NCBI RefSeq assembly: GCF_009834535.1
Contig: NC_045706.1
Location: 30,506,001 to 30,570,000 of the forward strand
Direction of reading: 5' to 3'
Length of the DNA: 64,000 bases
Source of the DNA: Camelus ferus
Lineage: Eukaryota
A program made the position numbers and the translations under genes. Within the stretch, counting starts at the first letter, position 1; each line of letters opens with the position of its first letter. This document shows, piece after piece, positions 51,372 to 64,000 of this stretch. Below the pieces are notes generated by a model. It was not told where the DNA came from and made no database searches. It was given only the letters and a program-made list of their open reading frames with translations.

Positions 51372-53211
51372 GTAATACTATCTTTTAAAATGCTGTTGTT
51401 AATTTGAGTAGTCTTGGGCATAGTCACTTACTTGCACTGGATATCTAAAGTAGACTTGAGTGGTTAATGGTTTAGTTGATAGTATATAAAATCCAGCATG
51501 ACTGTATGACCACATAAACCAGGGAACTGGACATTTGCCATGCCTAACTTTAGCGAAGCAGTTTTAAATGTGCAGGCCTGTGCAGAGTGGTAGGTGCTAG
51601 AATGTTTAGTTTGGAGTCAATGTTCAGATACCATAATATTCTTAGAAACTATTGTGAAGCAGGTTTTCATAAAAAATGATTCCTATGTCTCGTTTAAACA
51701 GTGTTCTAATTGGAGTTTGTCATTCTTATGAAAGAATATACCTCTGTCCTCATTTCAGATATTAACAGCAGGCACCTTTTGAATGAACTAGAATATATCT
51801 GCCATACTGAGTGGGGGGGAGGGTATCAATGTTCTGTAGTGTGCAGTATATATAAGATAATGGGCTTAAAAATCAGACCTCTTGTGTATTCATTCCTATC
51901 AGTTACTCCACTTACTAGTCATCTTCTTGGGCAAGCTTCTTAACCTCTGTAAGACTCAATTCTTATCTCTAAAAGTGAGGATCCTAGGGTTATTGTAGGG
52001 ATTAAACAAAAATGTTTATGAAGTGCTCGACACAGTGCCTGACATATGGTAAGTCAGGCATAATGAAGTCCCTGGCATTGAAGATGTACAGACAACCTGT
52101 GTGACCTGGCATGATTGTGGTGGTGAAGTTTCATGTCCTGAATAACACTTGAACATCTAATAGTAAGATTCTGCAACTTTGTAAAATGTATATATTAGTA
52201 TATTAATTTAAAATCAGCAATGTTGTAAATGTGCCTTATCTAGTATTTTAGCTATTAAAAATAAATAATAAATTTTTAATTCTTAAAATTAGCAGAATTT
52301 TTTTAGATTACTTGAATAGCCTTTATTTCCCCTCTCCATCAGTAATGCTGAAAGATAGCAGAGATGTTTTTTTTGACCTTGAGTTTTGAGCTTCGTTTCA
52401 AAATAGAAATTACTCTCATGAGAGGTAAAAAGTGATTAGTCTAAAATAATATCGTAGTATTTGGTCTAAATATCTTAATTTGAAAGATCTGATAAAACGT
52501 TTCTTGAAAGTAATTCTCTCTGTTGTCTCTTCATCCTCTTTCCCAGTTTCAGTTTCAGCATTATCACCTTTTCCTATTTAGAGTTTCTTTTCTTAACCAG
52601 TTAAAGTCAATTGCTTGCCAGCTATGGTACTGACAATCTTGTAAACCTGGCCTAGAAGAGATAAAGCTATAGCAGTAAAAGGATAAGTGATCTAGAATAG
52701 ACATATGAGTTATCAATAAGCCATTCCATTCTCATTCCATTATATCTTTACTGTATTCCTGTATTCTTAAGAGAAGAATTTTCTATTTATTGGTGGTTTA
52801 GAATTGTTTCAATGGTTTCTTGTTTTATTTGTTTTTTCGAAGTATAGGTAGATATGAATTATGTGGAGGGAAATGAGATTTGTTTTTGTAATTTTGTAGA
52901 AAGGCTAAACAGTAGAATATAAAAAGGAGGAAATGAGTAAAACTATGACTTATATTTACTAAGGTTTATATACAGAATGTATAAAAAATAATTCTTTGTC
53001 TCAGAGTGTTCAGGCTTCATAATCTTGTAGATTTATCTTAATATACTAACAATACATTTACAGACTCATTTAAGGGTTCCTCACAATGTATATTACATTT
53101 TAAAAATAAGTGATTTGATTAACTGATTTGATTTTTTTGCCCATTGATTTTTATTTTTTGGAAATACCAGTTGAAAAAGTTAACTTTAATTTTATATTGT
53201 TCAACATAAAG

Positions 53212-53330
53212 GAGAAAAGAAGTCAAGTCAAAAAAAAGAAAGGATAAAACCAAAAAAGATTGTGAAGAGTCATCACATAAAAAATCCAGATTATCTTCTA
53301 CAGAAGAAGCCTCTAAGAAAAAGGATAAAG
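53212..53330 (+). CDS. FRA10AC1: FRA10AC1 exon 11 (119 nt): (R)RKEVKSKKRKDKTKKDCEESSHKKSRLSSTEEASKKKDK, basic NLS-like
   Basis: cataaag|G...AAAG|gtaaaa. Confidence 0.94.
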
Positions 53331-54749
53331 GTAAAAGGGAACTAAAAATGTAATATTTACTCATATTTCTGGACAAGAAGCATAATCTCCATATATCTCA
53401 AATATAGAATTTACTTAGTGAATGCGTTTAGAATTCTGTTTTATAGTAGTTGAAAGGAAACTGATTAGAGAATTTAGATATGAATTTACAGTAACTTACA
53501 GGAGTTTAAAGAACAAGGTTGGTTTTGACTCATTTTTGGTAGATAATATAATATTGGAACAGCATTCTAATACCTGGTTTTGTCACTTATAGACTTGCTA
53601 CCTTGAGCAAGTCACTGAACTTCTTGAGTTTTTCTTTCCTCATGTACGTAGTGGTGATGTGAATACCTGGCCTGTGTGCTGCTGGTACTTACTGTGGAGA
53701 ATTAGATAAGACTGAAAGGCACTTTGAACACTTTATAAATCAGTACATAATCTATAAGTCCGTATAAAATTATAACACTGATTTCAATTATTATGATCCG
53801 TGTGATTTTCTCACTAGCTTATGAGCTTTTTGAAATGATAGAGATTGACATATGTGTGTCCTCAGAACCTGACATGGTGCTGTGCACATATAATTAATAA
53901 ATAATTATTAAATACAAATCCAAGTCAACGACTTACTTCTTTCTCAGCAGTCCTTAAGCTGTCTAAGCCTTAAGTTTGTATGTGTAAACTGGTCATGATA
54001 ATTGTACCTACCTCGTAGGATTCTTCAGAAGTTGAAATGAGATAATGCATGTAAACAGTTTGCATAGTACTTGGCACATAGTTAGCTGTTGTGAAGGTTA
54101 CTGCTAATTGCTTATCCAGTCCATAATAGAGTCAAACTGACTTATAACTAGAGTGAACCAGACTTAAATTAGGTAGATAATGGTAGATTGAATTAGGTTC
54201 TGGCCAATGTTACCTAATACTTGGACAGGAGAGGGCTCCCTTGCTCCAGCTATGAAGATCATTAGCTATGTTCCATTCTTATGTGCATTTTTTGCTGCTT
54301 ACATGTCACAGTATATTCAAGTGTATGGTATCACCAAATTTTAGCCTTGGTAAAATTGATAAGATGGTTAGAGGAAAATACTGATTTTTCGGTATTTGAA
54401 GCAGAATGCCTTTTTGTCTCTAAATCATGTTCTAACTCCAAAATAAATTTTAATTAATAAATCTGAAAATCTCATGTAAGATTTTAAAATTTTTTATTTA
54501 TCCTTGTATGCCAGTAAAATACTTAATGAATCCTATTTGAGAGTTTTGTAGCATTCAGTTTTGTTGTGTTTATGTCATTGTATGATACCTTGTTAATCAT
54601 TGCTTATTCAAATTAAAGAAGAACTAATCCCTTTGCTGCAAAAATTCATTCATTACCTTCAAAACAGGTAATTAGGTAGCTGGATACTTGGGATTAGGAA
54701 TGGAGTTGTCCCCTCAAATTATACGTACATGCGTGTAATCTTCCTTATA

Positions 54750-55460
54750 GATGTTTTTCCTTTATATTTCAGTAGATGACGCTCTTGTCACCCTAAAAAC
54801 TAATACCAGAAATCTGGAAATTATCCTTGATGCCTTCTTTTTTCTCATTATTTATGTAAATCCATCAGTTTTACCACCAGGATATATTTCTCTATCCTCT
54901 AGTTCAAACGACCATGTCTTCTCATCTAGGCTACTGCTGTATTATCCATACTAATTCCACCACTGTCTTGTCATCCCACCTCCCTCCCCTGAATCCATTC
55001 TCCATCTAGCAGTGATTTTCTGTTGTTTTTAGCATATAACCAACTTCTGGACAAAGCCCAAAGGCTCTGTATGATCCAGCATGCAAGGCTTGTTTCTCAC
55101 TACTCTCCACCTCCCTTTCGCACTCCACCCACATAGCCTTTCTGTTTCTGGAAAATGTCAAATTTGTTTCCATTTAGGGACCCTGTAGATGCTGCTGCCT
55201 CTCTCTCTAAAACCCCTGGTCCCATCCTAACTCATCCTTCAGGTCTAAACTTAAATGTTACTTCCTCAGGGATCCTTTCCTGACTCTGAATCTAAGTTAG
55301 GACTCCTATTTATAATGCTGTCACAACCCTGGAACTTTCCCTTCATTACACATATGACAATCATATCAAAGCACAGGAGGGCAGGGATTCTATCTGCTGT
55401 GTTCATTGCTCTAACCCCAGCATCCCACTGGCACATGTTAGGCATAAATAATAAAGCATG
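54750..55460 (+). mobile_element. L2 LINE fragment
   Basis: aaatctggaaattatccttga...tccattctccatctagcag...ttaaatgttacttcctcagggatcctttcctgac. Confidence 0.6.
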
Positions 55461-56029
55461 AGAAAATGAAAGACTTTGAAGATTGTTTCAGGGCAACTTT
55501 AAAGATAGAAAACCGAAGCCAAGTAGACTAGAGACATCTGTTTCTTATGTATTCTTTATTCAGAGTACCTTTGATTGCAGGGAGTACAGGATATATTTCT
55601 TTTTTTTTCCCTAAGCTTCTCTGGTATAAAGCAGAAAATGACAATATTTTAGCAAACTTCTAGGAAGACCATGTAGAACTCTTTAATGTCTTCTTAAATG
55701 GGATCATCTGGAACTAGGTTGATCTTGATGTCATACTTTCTTGCCAGGCCACCTTAATTTGGCCCAGACTTGAATAGTAATTAATAAATGCTTAATATCT
55801 CAGCTACGTTTGGACTGTTGACATTCCTCAAAATAATCTGCTTTCTTGATTTTCTATCTTTTTGACCTCTCCTCAGCCTCTTTTGATCATAGTTCCTCCT
55901 CAGTCTTACCCTTAAATGTTGGAATTCCTCAGGACTCTTATAGAACTTCTCTTTTTTCTCTCTGTTCTACCTGTATGATCCCATTTATTCCCGTAGCCTT
56001 GGGTTGCCATCGTACATAATGTTAAATAA

Positions 56030-56075
56030 GTGGATGGATGGATAATTGGATGGATAGATAATTGGATGGATAACT
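56030..56075. repeat. Short (GGAT/GATA)-rich tandem repeat
   Basis: tggatggatggataattggatggatagataattggatggataa. Confidence 0.75.
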
Positions 56076-56660
56076 GTATGTCTAGATAGCTGAACGAATT
56101 GGATAGATGCTGTATAGTGATGATTTTTAAAGGTACTCTAACAGATCTTCAGTACTCTTCTCTTTCCATTTCCCTCTCTTGGTAACCATTGTAGAACTGA
56201 AAACATTTGTGTTATGACATAGTTTTTTTTTTTTAATTACTGAGAATTCTCACCTGTATATGATCTTCAAAAAAGTATTAAGAAAAACAAATATGTATTT
56301 GTAAACTGCTTTCAGAAATTGAACATCTATAGATAAAATATTGGTTATACTGCAGCTGATCTATGAGGTTTTTTCCCCCTGGCAACATGAGAGTTTTTTA
56401 ATGTGTTCATTATTTTTTAAGTTTTATGCTAGATATTCCAGGCTGTATGAGAGCATAAAATACCCCTGCCTAAAAGAACCTAACATTTTAATTCTGGCAG
56501 TAAGTCTAAGGAAAATGAAAGGTTATATGACAGCAAAGCACTTTCCTGTAGGACTGTAAGGTAACCTCTAGACTATTGGAAAGAATTCTGGTTACAGCTA
56601 TGGCTATTACACCACTGCAGGAGGATTCTTGACAAAACAATGTTGTTGTGTTTTTTCCAG

Positions 56661-56699
56661 CACATTCATCCTCAATGAAATCAGAAACTTCTATTAACA
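56661..56699 (+). CDS. FRA10AC1: FRA10AC1 exon 12 (39 nt): (A)HSSSMKSETSIN
   Basis: ttttccag|CA...AACA|gtaagt; phase 1-1 fits neighbours. Confidence 0.88.
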
Positions 56700-59600
56700 G
56701 TAAGTATCATTTAGTAAAAATATATAGACTCATGGTATTTGCAAATTTGCAAATTGTGACTTGCTCTGATGTAAATTATTTTTTGTTTTTGTACTATGTG
56801 AGAAAAATCATAGAAAAAAGACCAAAAGTTTATTTCTTCCCCAAATTAGAACATTGGAAAGTTTCTTATTTTAAGTATAGAAGAGCATAAATTTTTGTTT
56901 TCAGTAAAAATACACATTTTAATTTCACATTGTAGAATGTGAAGGAAAACAAACAGGGATGAGGTTGGGGTGCAAAGAGAATTGGGGAAGTGGATTAAAA
57001 TTTAAGAAATGTTGCTTATATGACCCAAGACTGAGTTATCTCTGTCATTTGGTGACTTTGATAAAATTAAATATGTGGTTTGTACACAGAAAGCAAAATA
57101 TTAGCAACTGGTTGCTACTGGTCAGTTTTTTGTAAGTCCTGTAGTTTTCACCAGATTGGATTTCATTGAATATTTGCTACAAATTTTATAATTTTTTTCC
57201 TGCAGCATTCCAAAAACTATTTACAATGACTTACAAAGATATGTACAATAAAATAAGATTTTTTTAAAGGTAAAACAGAGTAATGGAAAAATAAGAATAG
57301 CAAAGTAAAGCTAGAGGTAAAATTAATACAGACAAATGTTTACCAAAAAGTCTTGCATAATTGCAAAGGTAGGTCACAAATTTGTCACTGTTCTTCCTAA
57401 CAACCAAACCAAACAAACCACTGGTAGAATGATTAATTGTACCCATGCAATATTAAAGAGAACTCGCAGGGTGCTCAGCTTTTTCCAGGCAGAGTTTTGA
57501 GAGCAGAATCTCCTGTGGGTTTATAGAAGAGGGCACCATTTGTGATATAACGAACAGTAGCCTTTGAATCTCAATAGTAATACAGTGTTGAATTTCTTGA
57601 AGACCTTGCAGTAGATAGACTTAGGGTCTGATGATAAAGTATATTTCAGTAGCATACCTAATTTATAATATCTGGACTTATTTTATAAAAATTCAGAGAT
57701 TTGAGACTTCTAGGCTTACTTGGAAATTTACAGATTTAAGAATTAAATTGTTTCTCATTTTAAAGTAATACATATTATGGCAAACTTAGAAAAATACTCC
57801 AGATCCACCATTCAAATTAAACATGATTAGCATTTTAGTATAACTCTTCAGGAGAATTTAAGTATTCAGTAATCAGAAATTTCGCACTGAAAAAAAAAAA
57901 TTTAAGGTATTTACTGTTTAAAAATACAGTGAAGAGGGAGATGTCAGTGGAGGTATTCCTCTAGTTTAGGAATACAGCATATTCCTTATAAATTATTTTA
58001 CTTATACCAATTTTGTTTTCAACACATTTAAAGTGTCCTAAAGCACTGACACTTCCTTTCTACCCATGTGAATCCTAATCTATCAGTAACTTCTTTTTCT
58101 AATTTAGGTTTAGTTTTCTGACAGTTTGTAGAACATAGCCAGGCATGAGATGATAGACTTACGCTATCTGGAGATGGGGTAGTAAGTATATATATTTTTA
58201 GAAAGCATGCACAGGTTAAAATGGGAAATTTTATTTACCTTTTACCTGTTTCCAGCTATCCATTGCAGTGAGAGGTGTGAAGACCTATTTAATGTGGGGA
58301 AAACATTGCCCTTTTCCAGTTCCGGTTTTTCATTGTTTAAAAATCTTTTGGGGAAAGGTCTTGACTTATTTATATTCATTCTTTCATTTCCTCTTCCATC
58401 ATTCTCCCTCCCACTGTCCTTCCCCCAGCCCTCTCAATCCTCCCCCTTTTCCCAGCAATAGTCCTAAGTCTCTTTACCCTCCTCAGCCAGGTCAAACTTC
58501 TAGTGGTAAGTAGGGGAGAATACTATACCCAACTTGAAGAACCTCTGGCTTAGCTTGGTTCTTGAAGTAGAACCATTTCGGGTAGGAGACATGTACCTTA
58601 TTATGGTATGCCAAACCCAGGTATCTTCTTAGGTGGTCTTGGCAATTTCAGAACTCAAGTTTTGCTTTTCTGTATTTCTTTTCCATTTGGATAATATCCA
58701 GTTACCCTCTTACCCCATCTAACAACATATGGATTATTAAATCCAAATCCATAAAGAAAAACCCAGTTTGTATGGGGAGAAAGAATTTTAACTTGCATTA
58801 TTTGTCAACCACAATGGCAAGTGGTTTATTTCATTGCCTTACAATGGCAAGTTGTGTACCTCATTTAATCTTAGTAATGGGCATGTAATATCCCATTTTG
58901 CAGACAAGAGAACCAAGACCCAGAGAATTTACATAAATTCCTAAGGTCAAATAGTTGGTTAATAGCAGAGCTGGTATAAACACAGGTTTATAACTCCAAA
59001 GTCTGTACCTTTTTACCTCTATCATCAGTAACTCTTCATCAGTGGATCAGATTAAGTCCATTCTTTGTACTCTAATTTTGGCAGACTGACTGTACAAATC
59101 CACATTAAATGATTTGATCTGTCTGTGTCTCAGTTCTGTCTGTAAAATGGGTGTAAAGCGACTATTGGATTATTATCAGAGTCAAATAACATAATGAACA
59201 TGTAAAGCATGTGTCTGACATAAAGTAACTCCTTGATAACCTTGTAGCTATTATTGTAACAAGAGAAAAAGAAGATTCTGGACATTATAAACAGATTTTG
59301 TGTTTGTTTTCTAGGATTGGTCAGATCCAAAGTTAAGTCTTTAGATGTGCCCATTTGTTGGCATAATTGGAGACTTGCCACTTCTTCAGTAGGCCAAGTT
59401 ACTTAGGTATCCTATAATACCCAGAAAAAAAAATAAGATGATAGACCTGCTTTCATTATTCAAAGCATGCAGGGAAAATGATGTGCAGTTTGCATTACAT
59501 TCTGAAAGGAATGTTGAAACTTAAAGCAGGTCAAGAATAGAACAAAGTGGTGTCAGAACTTGAAATTTGACAAGAAGGTTGAAGGAACCGTTGATGTTTA

Positions 59601-61175
59601 GCTTAGAGAAAGGTGAAGAGGGAAGGGGTAAGGAGACAGACATGGAAACTGTAGATATTTGCAAAACTGCTACTATGTAGGAGACTTATTTTTGGTGACT
59701 GGTTGGCAGAACTAGAGTCTGGATAAAAATAACTAGAAAACAGATTTTTGCCTTAATTTAGGGAAAATCTTGTCAATTAGGACTATCCAAAGAAAGGAAT
59801 GAAGGAATGGGCTGCTTCAGGCAGTAGTGAGGTGTTGAAGCATAGATGGACAGCCACTTGTTACAGAGGTGTTGCAGTAAGATAAGGGTCAGACCTCCAA
59901 GCTCCCCTTCCAACACAGAATCAGTGTCTTAAATTCTGATCCCCACTTGTCAGTTACTACTGTGTAGATTTGACAAGAGTACTGGTTTGTATTGCACATT
60001 CTTATTGTTATTTCCTTAGCGACACCCTTCCCACCTCTGGCAGGTTGTAGCAGTTATCAGAGAAATGATGTGAGATTCTGTCACCATCAGGGAAGTAGGT
60101 ATTTAGATTTATATTTAGGTATTACAGATTCCTGAGATTGTAAGGAACTTAAAGATCATATAGTCCAATCTTGTAGATTTGATCCTCTTAGAATATTTGG
60201 CCACTTTTTCAGCATGTTCTCTTTCAGAGAGAGTTATTTTGTATTGTTATTCTAAACTTGTCTTTTTTAGTAAAACTGGATTGTCTGGTATCAGAAAACT
60301 GGTGGAGGAAAGCTGGCATGTGGGAAGTACTCTTGAGAGGGAAGAAGAGAACAAATGGTTATAAGGCCTTTTGAAATTAGCTGCCCACTTTCAAAGGCCT
60401 CATAGGTTTCTTCTCTGACATCATTAACAGGATAGTTATAACGCTATAGTGATAACTTTTTTAGGCCTGATTAGTTTTTCTGTGCATTGTTTATCTCTGT
60501 GAGTTTTTATAAAAATAAGACTAGAAGACTTTTATTTTCCCTTTTCACATATTCAGTTTGGGACAGTGGCAGTTCCAGTGCTAGTGCTGGCTGTCACTGA
60601 GCAGGAATCTTGTTCCCAAAGCTTTATAATTTCATCATCTTTGTGTCTAGATCATTAGAAGTACAACCCCTCACTCCCTCCCCCTTTTTTTGGTGCCATT
60701 TTTCTTAGAATTTGCACTAGAATAGATTCAGTTAGGACCAAAGTTCAGACTCACTTACTGACTTAAGGACCAAAGTTCAACAGGGAAAAGGCTAAAACCG
60801 CTGTGGCAAATCAATAGTGTTTTATTTTTGTGTTGTGTTTAACTAAGGGACATTCTGTGTTGACAGGCCAAATTTGTATCAGTTCTTTTCTAGACTAATG
60901 GTCATTATTGCAGAGGAATTATTTGCTAACATAATTACTTTGTAGCATGTAATTTTATTGTCTCATCATAGATGTTTCGGTATTTGATAGTTTTTTTGTT
61001 GGCCAATAAATATAGTATGATCCATTTGAAATATGTTTTGTTATATTTTTAAAAATAGAAGTATATTTTTTTTTACTGATCTTTGAAGGTAACACATGAT
61101 CACTGTTTAAAATACAAAAAAATTGGAAAAACAAATAAGAGTAAAAATATCCGACCTATGGGTAATAAAACTTTT

Positions 61176-61270
61176 TATATATATATACACACACACACAC
61201 ACATATATCTATGTGTGTACATACGTATGTATAAATAATACTATATGTATATCTATATGTAGATATAGAT
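61176..61270. repeat. Compound (TA)n(CA)n microsatellite within old L1-like sequence
   Basis: atatatatatacacacacacacacacacatatatctatgtgtgtac. Confidence 0.8.
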
Positions 61271-62112
61271 AATGTTTTAACTGCAAATTGGATTATACTA
61301 TGCATGCTTTCTATAACTTAAAATTTTGATATAGCATGGACATTTTTCTATGGTAATGTATATAGATATACTAAAGTTTTTATAACAGCTGTATAGTATT
61401 TATTGAACCAATCTTTTATCCCTAGTTGGTGGGGATTTTGGTTGTTTTCTTTTGTTGTTGTTATACAGTGAATATCTCTGTACATATATCTGAGGTGCTC
61501 ATTTATTCTAAATAAATAATTAAATTTTTAAAAGTATTATTGCTGGTCAAAGGGTATCTACTTTTTCCAACTGATCTGTATTGCTAGACTGTCCTCAAGA
61601 AGAAAGATTTATAGAATTTTTACTCCTAACAGTGCATGAGAATACACTGACAAATATTTTTTCATAATTCAACTAGCTGGTCCTACATACTAGTTCAGTT
61701 CTTGAGGTCTTGATCCTAATGTAAACATACTCTCTGCAAAAATCTTAACCTGCATGTGTTTTGTACGAACAATAAAAAAGAAACTAAAGACAGCTATATT
61801 GCAAGAGATAATTCCTTTATAATACAGAGTTAATATTGGAATTGCTACTTTAACTCAGTGTAACTTATAGAAGTTTCCCATGAGACTTTAAATCCTTGGT
61901 ATTTTTGCTGAGGCTCTTTGGTATATCTCAGCTTATTTACTTTTAAAAAGAATATATTGATCTGGAAAAGTGAATTAAATTTTCAGAGAGCCATAAAAGT
62001 TGAAGCTAAACTGCAGTTAAATCTGACATTAACTTAATTGCCTTGGTGGTTAGTTCAAAATGTGTTTTAAATGTAATATGCACATTTAAAAAAATCTCTT
62101 TTGAATGAACAG

Positions 62113-62191
62113 GAAACTCTGATGAGGAGGAAAGTACTTCAGAATCTGAACTTTGGAAGGGCCCACTACCAGAAACAGATGAAAAATCACA
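62113..62191 (+). CDS. FRA10AC1: FRA10AC1 exon 13 (79 nt): (R)NSDEEESTSESELWKGPLPETDEKS; CDS continues beyond window
   Basis: gaacag|GA...TCACA|gtaagt; no stop reached, and the expected acidic terminal exon was not found before 64000. Confidence 0.95.
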
Positions 62192-63629
62192 GTAAGTCCT
62201 AATATTAATAGATAATGCATACCTTTTACATCAGTTTGGGAAGCTGTGACCATAGCCATTCTTAATAACAGTTAATGAAGAACTTAACATCATGGATGTT
62301 TATTTAATGCCAAGGACCACCTAGCCTAGTAAGATCAGATTTTATTCCCATCCATTGTTTGTGGCCATAAATGACCAGCATGTCCAGCTCCCTTTTGATG
62401 AATAAATTTTCCTCAGTTCACCTTAACAGATGACCCCGTAGTCTCTGCTTAGATTCTTTTAGACAGTTGCTGTTTACTAGCTTCCAGAGCAGCCTGTTCA
62501 TGATATTATGATTATCGTAAACCTGTACAGGGGAGCCCCTTGAAGATACATACAAGTGTAAAAGTTTTCTTGCCAACAGCCACCTTAGCCCCCAGAGACA
62601 GATAACTCATTGCATGCATTATTCTCTGCTACTGATTGGAAGAGCTGTCTGGATTTAACCGGGAATATTACCAGCTTTTGTTATATACTGCATATATGTT
62701 CACCACTTGAACTTTATCTGTTAAAAGAGGACAAAATAATACCTACTACAGAGAGTTTATTGTGAAGATTTAATAGAATAAAGAATATAGAGCACCTGAT
62801 ACAATACCTACCGATAGTAAGTGCTCAATAAATTTTAGTCCCATTTTGTTAGTCTCTAGGTGTATTGGTTCATAATAAGAAACCTGTTGAATCAGTTATA
62901 ATTCCCTAATTTAAAACAATTATAAAACATCTTGCTAATTATATGATATGTTCTCAGTGTAATAGAATTCAGGTGTATTGGAAAGTGTTTTTCTTGAACA
63001 AGATTACTTTTTTTCAGTGACCTTAACCTTTTTTTTTTTTTTCAGCCAAATAAAGAATTCCCATATTGAGTGGTCACTATAGATCAGATTATAAAAAAGT
63101 CATTGCTACCCTAGTCAAACTATTGACTGAACTTCCAACCATATAACTTGCCCTTGAAGAGCTACATAGCTGAAAATGACAGAGTAGGTCTTAGAGTCAC
63201 CTTTTTTTGATAGTAAAGATACATGAGTAAATCCTAAGAGGGGTTTCATAATCCAGAACCATTTGTTTCTTTATAAAAACTTCACATCAGTTACTAACAT
63301 CTAAGTCTACACAGAGATTCAGCTAATTTCATATATTTAAGTTCTTACTATAATTTAACAATTCTACTGCATTTTGCTATCATGTTAGGGAAAAGGGACA
63401 GTAGCATGGAGAATACCAAACTGCAGATAATTTTTAAATCAACTTTATCTAATTCTTTAATTTTTTAAAAATTTGAACGGGTTGTGATAGCTTTATGCAT
63501 TCACAGTTATTTAAAACCAAATGATGGGGTCCCATTGTGAATCTCTGATCTAAAAGAACATTTTCTAAAGAGACTGGTAGACAGAATTTGTCCAACTTGA
63601 TTCCCAGAGTCAGAAAAGCAACTGCATAT

Positions 63630-63800
63630 ACATTCAGTCCTTACAACAGCTCTGTGAGTAAATGTAATGTTCTTCATTTTATAGATGAGGAAACTGAGCA
63701 CAGAGAAGTTAAATAACTTGCTCACCCAGCTAATAACTGACAGAGCTAGGACTTAAACACTGTCTGACTTGAAAACCTGTGCTATTTCCACTGTATCACT
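63630..63800 (-). mobile_element. MIR SINE
   Basis: cattttatagatgaggaaactgagcacagagaagttaaataacttgctca. Confidence 0.8.
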
Positions 63801-64000
63801 CTGGCTCCTAGCACTAGTATCTATTTAGTACTTTACAATTTTCATATTATTTTAACACATTATAATTTAATTTAATATCTCCTTTCAGAGTTGTGTTCTT
63901 TGTTTTAGGTATAATCTTTACTGCTGCAAATACATATTATTCTCAGAGTAATAAAAGCAAATTTTCCCTGTTCCTAAGGAGTAAGTTATATTTTTCCTTA

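Noticed and set aside
1..64000. Prokaryotic-type systems (CRISPR arrays, operons, defence loci) or an inserted foreign gene
   Set aside because: No regular repeat-spacer array and no long non-L1 ORF; everything recognisable is mammalian repeat or FRA10AC1.

Overview
Mammalian genomic DNA, most likely a camelid (inferred from two copies of a tRNA-derived SINE resembling camelid vic-1; I saw no primate Alu, ruminant Bov-A/BovB or pig PRE-1 copies). Bases 1 to about 32,200 are repeat-rich and apparently intergenic (MIR, L2, MER5/MER20, LTRs, old and young L1). By recalled human synteny this is the interval between FRA10AC1 and LGI1, but LGI1 itself is not visible. A CpG-island promoter at about 32.2-33.1 kb starts FRA10AC1 on the + strand. 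I read a non-coding exon 1 carrying an interrupted CGG repeat (orthologous position to the human FRA10A fragile-site repeat) and 12 coding exons (35762-62191). These splice into an uninterrupted 905-nt frame starting MHGHGGYDSDFSDDEH and ending WKGPLPETDEKS; the last coding exon lies beyond the window. None of these exons is called as a complete, correct ORF in the supplied track. Points of interest: a GT-AG U12-type intron, a young twin-primed (5'-inverted) L1 with exact TSDs, inverted L1 3' ends flanking exons 2-5, three L1 TSD pairs with reciprocal CpG decay, and candidate enhancer motif clusters. I see no evidence for a wholly new biological system; the findings are hypotheses about a known gene and its repeats. 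Repeat family names are from memory of consensus sequences and their boundaries are approximate.
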